Assembly: GCA_050261115.1 (NCBI GenBank)
Contig: JBLNCY010000057.1
Location: 1-64,000 of the forward strand
DNA length: 64,000 nt
Source: Methanocella sp.
Lineage (GTDB): Archaea > Thermoproteota > Bathyarchaeia > Bathyarchaeales > Bathycorpusculaceae
Direction of reading: 5' to 3'
Shown one piece after another: positions 9,819-18,985 of the stretch. Under the pieces are notes generated by a model. The model ran no database searches. It was not told the origin of the DNA and worked only from the letters and a program-made list of their open reading frames with translations. A program made the translations under genes and the position numbers. Positions within the stretch are counted from its first letter, which is position 1. Each line of letters starts with the position of its first letter.

Positions 9819-10577
9819 CTATTTTGTCATTTTTTTAAGCAGATGCAGCGACCAATAAAAGACGGTCAATGCCATGACCCCTAAAATTACGAACCCTGCA
9901 AGAATATCTGTGCTTAGGAAGTTACCTGCAAACAGCTCTCGGGTTGCGTTAACCCCGTAGGCGAAGGGGTTGATTTTTCCAAGATACTGAAGCCAGAGTG
10001 GTGCTAGGGCAAGTGGGAGGAAGATGCCGGCAAGCAGCGAGACGGGCAGGGTTATGGTGTTCATGGTGGGTGCGAGGGAGTCTTCTGATTTGTAGATTAA
10101 GGCGAAGCCGTATGAGAGCGAGGACATGATTATGCCCATCAAGGCGTATAGTAGCATTGATAGCAGGAAGCCTGCGGGGTTGAGGTTTAAGCCAAACGGG
10201 ATAGATACGCAGGTGATGAGTAGGCACTGCATTAAGATGATTGTGGTGTCACGCAGAACCTTTCCTAGTAATATGGCTGAGCGTTCGACAGGAGTGACTA
10301 GAAGGCGGTTTATGACGCCGCTTCGAATGTCATCGATAAGCGCGAAACCCACAAAGCCCCCTTCGAAAATCGCTTGCATGACAAGGAGCCCGGGGATAAA
10401 GGTGTTTACGGTGCCGCCCGAAAAGCCAGGCGCGTTTCCCAACCCGCTTAAAAGCGGCATGTAGAGCAGCATAAACATTAACGGCTGGAATAAGCTTAGG
10501 AAAATGAAAATCGGGTTCTTGAATGAGTGATGCATGCTCTCCATATAGAGTAACTTGATGTCGGTAAGTAACTTCAC
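9819..10577 (-). CDS. ABC-2 type exporter permease (DrrB-like)
   Basis: 6 TM; LLVTPV..SAILLGK and INPFAYGVNATR; likely GTG start at 10577. Confidence 0.9.
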   Translation of the reverse strand: MKLLTDIKLLYMESMHHSFKNPIFIFLSLFQPLMFMLLYMPLLSGLGNAPGFSGGTVNTFIPGLLVMQAIFEGGFVGFALIDDIRSGVINRLLVTPVERSAILLGKVLRDTTIILMQCLLITCVSIPFGLNLNPAGFLLSMLLYALMGIIMSSLSYGFALIYKSEDSLAPTMNTITLPVSLLAGIFLPLALAPLWLQYLGKINPFAYGVNATRELFAGNFLSTDILAGFVILGVMALTVFYWSLHLLKKMTK

Positions 10578-10578
10578 G

Positions 10579-11562
10579 TTACGCCTTGGCCTCCTCACGT
10601 AATGATCGACCAGTATATTTTAGGAAAACATCGTCTAGGCTAGGTCTAGATAGCATGACGCCTTGCACCTGCAGGTTACAGCCATCCATCAACCGCAACA
10701 AATCAGGCATGGTGCGTTCCCCATTCTTAATCGTCAAGTGTACCGATGTGTCGTTGGTTTTTATGCGCTCAAAGGCTACATGCTCAGTTAATAGGGCTTC
10801 TGCTTTTTTTGCGGTCTCGTGGGAGTTGAAAGTTAGGATTATGGTGTCGCCGCCGACTGAATCTTTAAGCTGCTCTGGTGTTCCTGCCTTTATGATTTGG
10901 CCGTGGTCCATGATGGCTATGGTGTCGCAGAGTTTGTCGGCTTCATCCATGTATTGGGTAGTTAGAAAAATCGTGACGCCGTCGGTTTTGAGTTTCTCTA
11001 TTTCTTCCCAAAGGTACGCTCGACTCTGAGGGTCAAGACCCGTGGTCGGTTCATCAAGCAGCAGCAACTGCGGCCGATGAATCATGCCCAAAGCGATGTC
11101 TAATCGCCGTTTTTGACCCCCTGAATAGGTACCTACAGGGCGGTCTATGAATGAGGTCATCTGGAACCTTTCGGCGAATTCCTTTGCAGCCGCTTTAGCC
11201 TCCGAGGCGCTCATGCCAAAAAGTCGCGCCTGAAGAACCAAGTTAGCCAATCCCGACGCCGCTAAATCAGCTCCGCCTGCTTGACTAACAAACCCCACGT
11301 TCTTTCGGATTTGCACCTGCTCCTTGACTAGGTCGTAGCCAAGAACTTTTGCTTCTCCGCCGCTTGGCTGCATCAGGGTGGAGAGCATTTTTTGAGTGGT
11401 TGATTTGCCAGCACCGTTTGGACCCAAAAACCCAAAGATTTCGCCTCGCTTAACCGCCAAGTTGATGCCTCTAACGGCTTGTACAGTCTTTTTGGTGCCG
11501 CGCTCTTTGGATGTGAAGGTTTTCTGGAGCGCGTTTGTTTGGATCACGTATTCGCTGGGCAT
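10579..11562 (-). CDS. ABC exporter ATP-binding protein (DrrA-like)
   Basis: GPNGAGKST, YSGGQ, LLLDEPTTGLD, C-terminal PSLDDVFL..TGR. Confidence 0.92.
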   Translation of the reverse strand: MPSEYVIQTNALQKTFTSKERGTKKTVQAVRGINLAVKRGEIFGFLGPNGAGKSTTQKMLSTLMQPSGGEAKVLGYDLVKEQVQIRKNVGFVSQAGGADLAASGLANLVLQARLFGMSASEAKAAAKEFAERFQMTSFIDRPVGTYSGGQKRRLDIALGMIHRPQLLLLDEPTTGLDPQSRAYLWEEIEKLKTDGVTIFLTTQYMDEADKLCDTIAIMDHGQIIKAGTPEQLKDSVGGDTIILTFNSHETAKKAEALLTEHVAFERIKTNDTSVHLTIKNGERTMPDLLRLMDGCNLQVQGVMLSRPSLDDVFLKYTGRSLREEAKA

Positions 11563-11651
11563 GCCAGCACCTACACTAAAGCGGTATATAGGTCATTTGG
11601 GAAAGGTGGCTGATTTGGAATCGTGAAAAAATAAATTATTTAGCGATACGT

Positions 11652-11885
11652 TTAGTGTACCGCTTCGACTGTTTGGATTTCTGGAACCATTGACTTTACG
11701 TATGCTTCAATGCCGTTTTTGAGGGTCATCTGTGACATGGGGCAACCTGCACAGTGTCCCACTAGGCGTACTTTGACTGTTGAGCCTTCAACTGCTACGA
11801 GTTCTACGTCTCCGCCGTCCATCTGTATCTGGGGGCGTATGTCGTTGATTGCTGCTTGGACTCTTTTTTCTACTGATTCTGCCAT
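11652..11885 (-). CDS. NifU C-terminal (Nfu) Fe-S carrier domain protein
   Basis: IRPQIQMDGGDVELV...GHCAGCPMS..TLK.GIE; true start probably ATG 11885. Confidence 0.9.
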   Translation of the reverse strand: MAESVEKRVQAAINDIRPQIQMDGGDVELVAVEGSTVKVRLVGHCAGCPMSQMTLKNGIEAYVKSMVPEIQTVEAVH

Positions 11886-12112
11886 ACAATTCACTATCAA
11901 ATTTGAGCGTATGCTACCACTATAAAGATTCCTATGCACAGGAACCAAAATTGCATGTCTGGGTCTGAGTAAACGCTATATACGAGGGCTATGATTAGAG
12001 AACAATTTTTGGGTGGCTTGTTTGCTGCAGGGCAATCTGGATGTAATTTGGGTAATATTTTGCAATAAACTTAATATCTGTTGAGCAAAATTAGCGGTTG
12101 GGAGAGCACTAC

Positions 12113-12394
12113 ATGAAACAAAAAATAGTAAACCAAATAGTGGTATACAGAATGCACCTCTCTGAAATCAACAAAAACGGATCCCTACCCTGCCCCAACT
12201 GCGGCGCCCACATCTCACCCGACGACCACACCGACAACATATACACCATCCTAGACGTAAACATGAACGGCGACGAACTAGACGAAATCCTAATCCGCTG
12301 CAACAAGTGCCAAAGCCAAATCCAAATAGGCGGCTTCTCAGGAGCAGAACAACTGCTTAACCAACGCCCAAAAAGGATAGCTTTACCACTGTAG
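12113..12394 (+). CDS. Small Zn-ribbon protein
   Basis: CPNC...CNKC pair; ATG 12113 follows GGGAGAG. Confidence 0.7.
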   Translation: MKQKIVNQIVVYRMHLSEINKNGSLPCPNCGAHISPDDHTDNIYTILDVNMNGDELDEILIRCNKCQSQIQIGGFSGAEQLLNQRPKRIALPL

Positions 12395-12772
12395 TTAAGC
12401 TTCGATGTTTCTATCTTTTAATTTACTATCAATCAAACTCAGAAGCTGAGATGGCTGCACCGGTTTACTTAATAGGGCATCTAAACCAGTAACCGTGTTT
12501 AATTCGTGTGCTCGGCCGGTCAGCATGATTTTTAGCGTTTTAGGCGACGCTTTGGTTATAGGCTCAAAGAGGTCGGTGCCTTCCATGTCTGGGAGGCAGT
12601 AGTCGATTAGGGCCACATCGAAGTGGCTGCTGCTTAGTTTTTCTATGGCTTCTGCGCCCTTGGCGGCTACTTCAACTTTGTAGTTGTTGCGTTCAAAGAT
12701 GCGGCTTAACGTGTGGAGTATGGCTTTGTCGTCGTCTATAATCAGAATAGATGGCTTGCTTAAAAAAATCAA
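12395..12772 (-). CDS. Stand-alone response regulator receiver domain
   Basis: IIDDD, phosphoacceptor LIDYCLPD, LTG, KP. Confidence 0.9.
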   Translation of the reverse strand: MIFLSKPSILIIDDDKAILHTLSRIFERNNYKVEVAAKGAEAIEKLSSSHFDVALIDYCLPDMEGTDLFEPITKASPKTLKIMLTGRAHELNTVTGLDALLSKPVQPSQLLSLIDSKLKDRNIEA

Positions 12773-12989
12773 GTCGCCGCCAAAACTCCATGATACACAT
12801 GGGTGCCTTTTGTTTATAAAATTTATGCAAAAAGCTGATATGGTTATTGAAAATTTTTAAGTAACCTCTGGGGCTTTTAGTTAAAAGAGAGAGGGCTACC
12901 CCATACAGAATAAAGAACAACAAACAAGCTCACGCTCATCCGTAATCAGCGACTACGTTGGGTGGGCGGCAATCCGAATCGGCGTCATA

Positions 12990-13952
12990 GTGATATCCTT
13001 TATCGTTTTAGAGGTATCCTACAAACTAGGCTTGTTTGGGGTCTTTGGAGATGAAGCCCTGCAGTTTAGTATCTACTCTGCGGTTCAAAAAATCCTCTTT
13101 TCCTTAGTTGTATGGTTCTTTTTAGCGACCTCACGAAAAATGATAATTCCCATCACAATACTCTCCGTGTCCCCTGCCTTGGGAAAAATTGTTCGTGATC
13201 GATCATCCGTACAGAAAACAAACCTATCCCTAACCCGCTACTTAACTTATCTAGTCTACATCATAGGAGGCATCGCGCTTGTTTTGATCTGGGCTTATGC
13301 CGCTATAGGCACCTGGGTTGCAGGCTTTCTGGGCAACAGCCTAGTAATCGGTTTAACCTTTATTCTGGGTCTTTTCTCTTCAAGCGTGCTTGGAAACGTC
13401 TTGGGCTATGCGATTCTGGGCGGCACAAATGAATTCAAAGTAGGTGACCGCGTCCAAATCGGTAGCAGCTATGGCGATGTTGTTGAGGTTGGCATTTTCT
13501 TTACCAGAATAAAAACGATCAAAGACGAGGTCATTAGCATCCCCAATTTGACGGTTATGAGTAAAGAGATACAGAATTTCAGCGCCGAAAAAGAAGTCCT
13601 CCTATACACCCAGGTAAACCTGGGCTATGATGTTAACAAGGAACAAGCCAAGCAGCTACTCATTGAAAGCGCACGAAGAACAAGAGGCATTTCAAAGGCA
13701 ACTAAGCCGCCCTTTGTGCTGCTCAAAGAACTGGGCAGCTACAGCATAACTTATGAAATCAACGCTTACACCAACGAACCCAACCGTATGGTTGAAATAA
13801 AAAGCGAACTCATCGACAACATCTTAACCGACTTCAAAAAAGCAGGCATCGATCTCCTCTCACCCACCTATCTTGTGCTCCGCAACCAAGAAAACACAGT
13901 CATGCCAGTAGCCCACTACATTGAGCGAATAAAACAAAAGCCCCAACCCTAA
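12990..13952 (+). CDS. MscS-family mechanosensitive channel (N-terminus probably extends to 12903)
   Basis: FKVGDRVQIG..GDV.E.G.F.TRI.T, SIPN; frame is open upstream to 12885. Confidence 0.85.
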   Translation: MISFIVLEVSYKLGLFGVFGDEALQFSIYSAVQKILFSLVVWFFLATSRKMIIPITILSVSPALGKIVRDRSSVQKTNLSLTRYLTYLVYIIGGIALVLIWAYAAIGTWVAGFLGNSLVIGLTFILGLFSSSVLGNVLGYAILGGTNEFKVGDRVQIGSSYGDVVEVGIFFTRIKTIKDEVISIPNLTVMSKEIQNFSAEKEVLLYTQVNLGYDVNKEQAKQLLIESARRTRGISKATKPPFVLLKELGSYSITYEINAYTNEPNRMVEIKSELIDNILTDFKKAGIDLLSPTYLVLRNQENTVMPVAHYIERIKQKPQP

Positions 13953-14188
13953 GATGGCGGCTGCTTAATCCACACTTTAGCGGTCTCCTGCACCCTAATT
14001 CGGCCCTCAGTCTGCATCAACCGCACCTGCGTTTCGATGAATCGCTTGTCGCTGGTATGGAACTCTTTACGGATGGCGTTTTCGAGTTTGGGGATGTTGA
14101 TGTGCTCGACTGCGCCTACGATATTCCAGAAGTGGGCTTGGATTTTTAAGCGCTTCTTTTTGGCTTCGGGCTCAACAGTTTTAGTCAT
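13949..14188 (-). CDS. Small basic hypothetical protein, possibly winged-helix
   Basis: 79 aa; helical segments followed by EGRIRVQ..KVWI, a beta-hairpin-like end. Confidence 0.6.
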   Translation of the reverse strand: MTKTVEPEAKKKRLKIQAHFWNIVGAVEHINIPKLENAIRKEFHTSDKRFIETQVRLMQTEGRIRVQETAKVWIKQPPS

Positions 14189-14195
14189 AAGAGGT

Positions 14196-14315
14196 TTACC
14201 TTGCGCAGTAGGGGCTTTCGTTTTTGACTTTGTGCGCTTGAACGCAGGCGGCGCAGTCGCTGTGATAGGGGCATTGTCGTTTTGGGCAGGGACAATTGGG
14301 TGCCTTACTTGACAT
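14196..14315 (-). CDS. 39-aa Cys/His-rich putative metal-binding peptide (absent from ORF track)
   Basis: Manual translation MSSKAPNCPCPKRQCPYHSDCAACVQAHKVKNESPYCAR*; 6 Cys and 2 His; 7 nt gap to next ATG. Confidence 0.7.
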   Translation of the reverse strand: MSSKAPNCPCPKRQCPYHSDCAACVQAHKVKNESPYCAR

Positions 14316-14350
14316 AACCTTGAGTTCTCTATAACGAATATAATGATTGC

Positions 14351-14680
14351 TTAGTGGTTCTTTTTTCTTTCTTGCCCAAACCGATAAATGACATAGATGC
14401 CCAAAGCATAGATGCCGACAGAGAAAATGCCGATAGAAAAGATACCGATCGAGAATATCCCAATCGAGAAAATGCCCGCGGCAAAAATGCCCACCGCAAA
14501 GGTTCCAGCCGCGAATACTCCTACGCTAAATTGCCCCGCCGCAAGATAACCCCCCGCAAAGTTATCGGCACTAAGGAGGGGTAAGCCGCCGATGGTCATG
14601 TAACCTGCTAAGTACAGAATTAAGGCGATTAACAGCAGCGTGATGGGTATGGCTGCAGAAGCTATAGAAGTCATTCTCAA
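14351..14680 (-). CDS. Membrane protein with G-x-F-[AS]-x pentapeptide repeats
   Basis: GQFSV GVFAA GTFAV GIFAA GIFSI GIFSI GIFSI GIFSV GIYAL; 15-nt periodicity. Confidence 0.75.
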   Translation of the reverse strand: MRMTSIASAAIPITLLLIALILYLAGYMTIGGLPLLSADNFAGGYLAAGQFSVGVFAAGTFAVGIFAAGIFSIGIFSIGIFSIGIFSVGIYALGIYVIYRFGQERKKNH

Positions 14681-14764
14681 AATGGGCGCCTGCTATGCAT
14701 TTAATGCAGTTATCGCTTTTCAATGTTTGTGACTAAAAAATGAAGCCACAAAAAAGAGGATTGG

Positions 14765-16738
14765 TTAGAGCCCAAATAGGGTGAGCAGCCTGAATGCTAA
14801 GCCGCCGACGAGGAGGGCTATGCCGATGTTGGCTGCCGTTATTGCTGCGGTGGCTTTCCATCCGAACTCTTTACCCAGCAGTGCCATGGTGGATACGCAT
14901 GGTATGTAGAGCATTGCCACGAGCGCCATCACGACCAGCTGCACAGGGGTAAAGCCCACGAGTAAATCGGCGGTTCCCAGTATCGCGGCTGCACCGACCA
15001 AGACGAACTCTTTTCGGATTGTTCCCAAGAGGAGCAGCACTCCCGCCATGACTGGCAGTCCAAGCCACCAAACCGTCAGCGGCTCCATCACGTTGCTTAT
15101 GGGTTTAAGCACGTCATATGCGAACGCCAGCTGAATCAGCGCGCTGCCAACGATGTAGATTGGGAACACGATGTAGATGAGTGATTTAGTGCGTGCCCAT
15201 GTCTGCTTTAGCACTACTTTGAGTGAGGGCCGCTTGAAGCTGCTCATCTCCATGATTAGACCTGTGGATTTGCCAGGTACCACTTTCATCGCTACCCGTC
15301 CAGCTATGAAGATGATTATTATGTCCACGGCGTAGAGGAGTAGCGCCCATTCGATTCCTACGAAGAGGCCTACCATGCCAAAAAGCACGATTGTACGGGC
15401 TGAACAAGGCGCGAAAGTGATGGCAAATGCAGCAAGGAGGCGTTCGCGGCGGGTTTCCATGATTTTACAGCTGTGAATGGCAGGTACGCTGCAGCCATAT
15501 CCTAGTATGATTGGGATGAGGGCTTTACCGTGGAGTCCCATCTTGTGCATAGCGCTATCCATCATAAAGGCTACGCGTGTCAGCAGACCTGAGTCTTCGA
15601 TAGCGGCCAGTAGTAGGTAGAATGGGATGACGAACGGTATGATGAGTGTTAAGCCTGCGCTGATGCCGCCCCATATGCCATTGAAGATGATGTTTTGGAT
15701 TGGCTCGGTGTTGGTGAGTACTGGGTCGACTGAATAGATGCTGTTGAGTGCCTCTGTGATTAATTCGGAGAGTCCATTGCCGACGAAGAATGTCCAGAGC
15801 AGTAGGCCCAAGATGACTCCTGCAGATGTTAGGTAGCCAAGTACGTGGTGTGTAGTTAGCCATTCAAGTTTGTCTTGGAAGGTGTTCCAGATTTCACTTT
15901 GCTGCGTTGTTGATGCGGTGATGGAGCTGGCGAGTGCATAGCGTTCAGAGGCTATGATTGAGAAGCAGGGTTCTTGACAGCTTTTCTGTAGCTCTGCACC
16001 GATTGCTTTTGCGTTGACAATTAATGGTTGGGATTTTGCAGCAACCATTTTACTGATTTCTGTATCGCCTTCCAGCAGCTTTATTGCTAACCAGCGAGCG
16101 GGGTATTGTAGCTCTAGGTTTTCTCTTTCGATTATATGCTGGAGTTGCTCTATTTTGTCTTCAAGTTCCTTACGATATTTGAGATGTTTAGGTTTTGGTT
16201 TGTGTGTAGCGACTTTTACTGCTTCTTTGACTGCTTCATACACACCTTCACCATGGATTGCGGTTGCAAGCACTACTGGAACGCCAAGTTTCTCTTGGAG
16301 TTTTTCTTTGTCGATTATGATGCCTTTACTTTTAGCTACGTCCCACTGATTCAGAACTAAAACCAGCGGAGCATTCATCTCTAACAGTTGAAGCGTAAAG
16401 AACAAGTTACGCTCCAAAACGGAGGCGTCAACAACATTTATGACGACATCAGGCTTTTCAAGTGCAATATAATCTCGTGAAACCAACTCCTCCATAGAGA
16501 AAGTGGAAAACGAGTATATGCCCGGCAGGTCAATAACGGTGATGTCGTATCCTTCAAAGCTAAGGCTGCCCTCGGCGCGTTCTACGGTTTTGCCCGGCCA
16601 GTTGCCTATGATCTGGTTTGAGCCCGTGAGGAGGTTAAAGATTACGCTTTTACCTACGTTTGCGTTTCCGGCTAGGGCGAATGTTAGCTGCTTTCTGTTT
16701 TGGTCAGGGGTTTTTTGGTTTTTTTGTCTTGAGAACAT
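14765..16738 (-). CDS. feoB: Ferrous iron transporter B
   Basis: [28 protein letters not shown], gate [18 protein letters not shown]. Confidence 0.97.
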   Translation of the reverse strand: MFSRQKNQKTPDQNRKQLTFALAGNANVGKSVIFNLLTGSNQIIGNWPGKTVERAEGSLSFEGYDITVIDLPGIYSFSTFSMEELVSRDYIALEKPDVVINVVDASVLERNLFFTLQLLEMNAPLVLVLNQWDVAKSKGIIIDKEKLQEKLGVPVVLATAIHGEGVYEAVKEAVKVATHKPKPKHLKYRKELEDKIEQLQHIIERENLELQYPARWLAIKLLEGDTEISKMVAAKSQPLIVNAKAIGAELQKSCQEPCFSIIASERYALASSITASTTQQSEIWNTFQDKLEWLTTHHVLGYLTSAGVILGLLLWTFFVGNGLSELITEALNSIYSVDPVLTNTEPIQNIIFNGIWGGISAGLTLIIPFVIPFYLLLAAIEDSGLLTRVAFMMDSAMHKMGLHGKALIPIILGYGCSVPAIHSCKIMETRRERLLAAFAITFAPCSARTIVLFGMVGLFVGIEWALLLYAVDIIIIFIAGRVAMKVVPGKSTGLIMEMSSFKRPSLKVVLKQTWARTKSLIYIVFPIYIVGSALIQLAFAYDVLKPISNVMEPLTVWWLGLPVMAGVLLLLGTIRKEFVLVGAAAILGTADLLVGFTPVQLVVMALVAMLYIPCVSTMALLGKEFGWKATAAITAANIGIALLVGGLAFRLLTLFGL

Positions 16739-16755
16739 GCCACTTCACCTACCTT

Positions 16756-17499
16756 TTAGGTTGCTGCTGGGTCCACGAAGACTTTAGTTGCGATACCGTG
16801 GCCGATGGCTAGTTTGGAGCCACGGACAGAGATTTCGATGGGACCCCCGAAGGGTGCCGCTTTGAGGAGGGTTACTTTTGTTCCGGGAGTTAAGCCCATG
16901 TCTAGGAGGCGCTGGAGGACTGTGTGGCCTCCGCGGATGAACTGGATTTTGCCTGATTGTCCAGCTCGGAGTTCGTTTAGGGCCAGAAGGTTTTCTTTTC
17001 GTTTTCCGACTTCTTCTTGGCCTTTGTTGTGGAGGCTTATGCATTCTTCGCAGGTTGTGAAGGGGAGATCGCAGGCGGGGATTGTGTTGCCGTCGTCGCT
17101 GCAGGTGTCTGGATGTTTGAGTAGACGGCAGAGGGATTCTTCGGCTTCGTCGGAGAGGGTGTGTTCCATTTGGCAGGCTTGGGTGTGGACTTTGTCTTTG
17201 CCTATGTGTAGGATGTCGGTGAGGAAGGTTTCAAGTAAGCGGTGTTTGCGGAGAGTTTTTTGGGCTTCGGCGAGGCCTTTTTTGGTTAGTTTGCTGCCTT
17301 TGTAGGGTTCGTATTTTATATAGTCGTCTTCTGAGAGTTTTTTGAGCATTTCTGTGACGGATGCGGGGGCTATGTCTAGTTTTTTGCTGATTTCGGTGGT
17401 GCTGACTAGGTCTTTGTTTCGGCTGAGGGTGTAGATGGTTTTGAGGTAGTCTTGGGTTGATTTTTGTTCCGTGGTTTTTCTCCTCCTTTTTAGGTGCAC
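16756..17499 (-). CDS. DtxR/MntR-family metal-dependent repressor fused to FeoA domain
   Basis: [31 protein letters not shown]; C-terminal [21 protein letters not shown] (FeoA). Confidence 0.92.
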   Translation of the reverse strand: MHLKRRRKTTEQKSTQDYLKTIYTLSRNKDLVSTTEISKKLDIAPASVTEMLKKLSEDDYIKYEPYKGSKLTKKGLAEAQKTLRKHRLLETFLTDILHIGKDKVHTQACQMEHTLSDEAEESLCRLLKHPDTCSDDGNTIPACDLPFTTCEECISLHNKGQEEVGKRKENLLALNELRAGQSGKIQFIRGGHTVLQRLLDMGLTPGTKVTLLKAAPFGGPIEISVRGSKLAIGHGIATKVFVDPAAT

Positions 17500-17504
17500 C
17501 TAAA
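17489..17504. promoter_or_regulatory. DtxR/MntR-type operator 1
   Basis: Perfect 16-bp palindrome TTTAGGTGCACCTAAA over the predicted TSS of dtxR-feoB. Confidence 0.8.
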
Positions 17505-17517
17505 GGTTGTTGATGGG

Positions 17518-17524
17518 ATATAAA
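17518..17524 (-). promoter_or_regulatory. TATA box of dtxR-feoB operon
   Basis: TTTATAT on the minus strand, between the two operators. Confidence 0.65.
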
Positions 17525-17526
17525 GT

Positions 17527-17542
17527 TTTAGGTATGCCTAAA
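17527..17542. promoter_or_regulatory. DtxR/MntR-type operator 2
   Basis: TTTAGGTATGCCTAAA has the same TTTAGG-N4-CCTAAA arms and covers the BRE position. Confidence 0.8.
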
Positions 17543-17735
17543 TATTTCCGGTCCATAAACATCCCAACCAACAAACACCCATTATCTATAAAGCAAAGAC
17601 AACCTGACAAATAGCCGCTGCCTCCACCTAAAACAAATGTGCAACCCACAATTAACCAACCCAACAGCCACCCAGCCCCCACTCATGAAAACCAGCAAAT
17701 ACCCAAATACCTCCTGTACGGTGTGCGGTTGCTGA

Positions 17736-17774
17736 GTTATATATAAGGGAGGGGGGTCCCTGTGAGAGCAACAG
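17736..17774 (+). repeat. Dispersed intergenic element, copy A
   Basis: GTTATATATAAGGGAGGGGGGTCCCTGTGAGAGCAACAG. Confidence 0.8.
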
Positions 17775-17847
17775 GCTCCCCCGACTGCTTGCAAAACTAA
17801 AATGAACCAAATCGATAGACCTTCATGTTCAGCCCCCTCTCCACTGT

Positions 17848-17901
17848 CATCGAATGTTGTTTTGTCGATGCTTTAAATAACAAAAATCAACGTAACCGTT
17901 G
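17848..17901 (+). promoter_or_regulatory. polB2-operon promoter flanked by two inverted repeats
   Basis: CATCGA-N11-TCGATG (17848-17870), TATA-like TTTAAATA (17872-17879), CAACG-N4-CGTTG (17888-17901). Confidence 0.4.
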
Positions 17902-17927
17902 CCTCAACCACAAAAGAGAGGAAAACC

Positions 17928-18665
17928 GTGCAGAAACTCATTGTTAAACCATCAACCCCTCAGCTGACATCCCAACCGACGTTTTCACTAAACATGCCCC
18001 AAGCAGATGAACTCTTTCCCGGATTTCTACCCGGCGACTTCGCAGTCATACACGGCTCACCCGCCATAAACACCCTAACTTCACTGCTCTGTGTACGCGC
18101 TCAGCTACCTATGCAACTTGGCGGCTTAGCAAGTAATGTAGTCTTCATCGACGGCGGAATCACCTTTAGACTCTACCGCATCGCCAAATTAGCCCAGCTT
18201 CATGGACTCAACGCAGAAGAGGTACTGCAAAGAATCTTTATCTCTCGGGCATTCACCGCCTACCAGTTAACCTCGCTGGTAATGGAGAAACTAGAAGAAA
18301 CCGTAAAAACCTGCCACGCTAAAGTCGCCATAATCTCAGACGTCGCTGGCTTCTTCTTAGACACCAATATAGCCGCAGAGGAAGCACAGAAAATCTACAG
18401 CCAACTCATCTGCTACCTTGCAGACTTTGCTCGCAAACACCAAATCGTCGTAGTAGCCACCTATCTGCCCTACGAAAACAGCAAACGCAACATGACCCTC
18501 CAGCAGATAACCACCCAAAACGCGGGAATCGTCCTGTGCTTCACCAAAACCCCGAATGGCAAACAGCTATCCCTAGAAAAACACCCGACCTATACTCTGG
18601 GAACTACAAAATTACCTACAAGAACCATAACTTTAACTGACTTTTTAGGTGACAAATCTGGGTAA
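17928..18665 (+). CDS. Inactive RadA/RecA-like ATPase (PolB2-associated)
   Basis: VVFIDGG, LQRIFISRAFTAYQL; Walker A degenerate (HGSPAINTLT, no GKT). Confidence 0.8.
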   Translation: MQKLIVKPSTPQLTSQPTFSLNMPQADELFPGFLPGDFAVIHGSPAINTLTSLLCVRAQLPMQLGGLASNVVFIDGGITFRLYRIAKLAQLHGLNAEEVLQRIFISRAFTAYQLTSLVMEKLEETVKTCHAKVAIISDVAGFFLDTNIAAEEAQKIYSQLICYLADFARKHQIVVVATYLPYENSKRNMTLQQITTQNAGIVLCFTKTPNGKQLSLEKHPTYTLGTTKLPTRTITLTDFLGDKSG

Positions 18666-18933
18666 AACAGTCGAATCCTACCGTATGGCAGTCGAAGATG
18701 AAATTCGCCGCTGGAACGGTTTTGCTAAGGCTCTACGCAAAGAGGACCGGGAAGCCTTCGACGCATTGATGGATGCATGCCGCAGCTATGCGTCTGCCGC
18801 GAGCAACGCAACCAAACCCATACTCTTTGAGCCAATGGTTATGTCGATACTGCTTTCCCAGCAGATACGCATCCAACGATTAGCAAAGGAAGTCGAAGAC
18901 CTTAAAGCCAAACAGCCAGCCTCCACCCAGTAG
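18658..18933 (+). CDS. Small helical PolB2-associated protein (arCOG07300-like)
   Basis: (M)GKTVESYR...ALRKEDREAFD..M.ACR; lies between radA-like and polB2; CTG start 5 nt after AGGTGA. Confidence 0.75.
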   Translation: MGKTVESYRMAVEDEIRRWNGFAKALRKEDREAFDALMDACRSYASAASNATKPILFEPMVMSILLSQQIRIQRLAKEVEDLKAKQPASTQ

Positions 18934-18985
18934 TACACGTGGCTGGATTCTGGACGCTTACCCCTCCGAATACGGTAAGGTCGCA

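Noticed and set aside
17500-17794. ORFs 17500..17682 and 17582..17794
   Set aside because: Low-complexity G/T-rich translations with no motifs; they overlap the operators and the repeat copy
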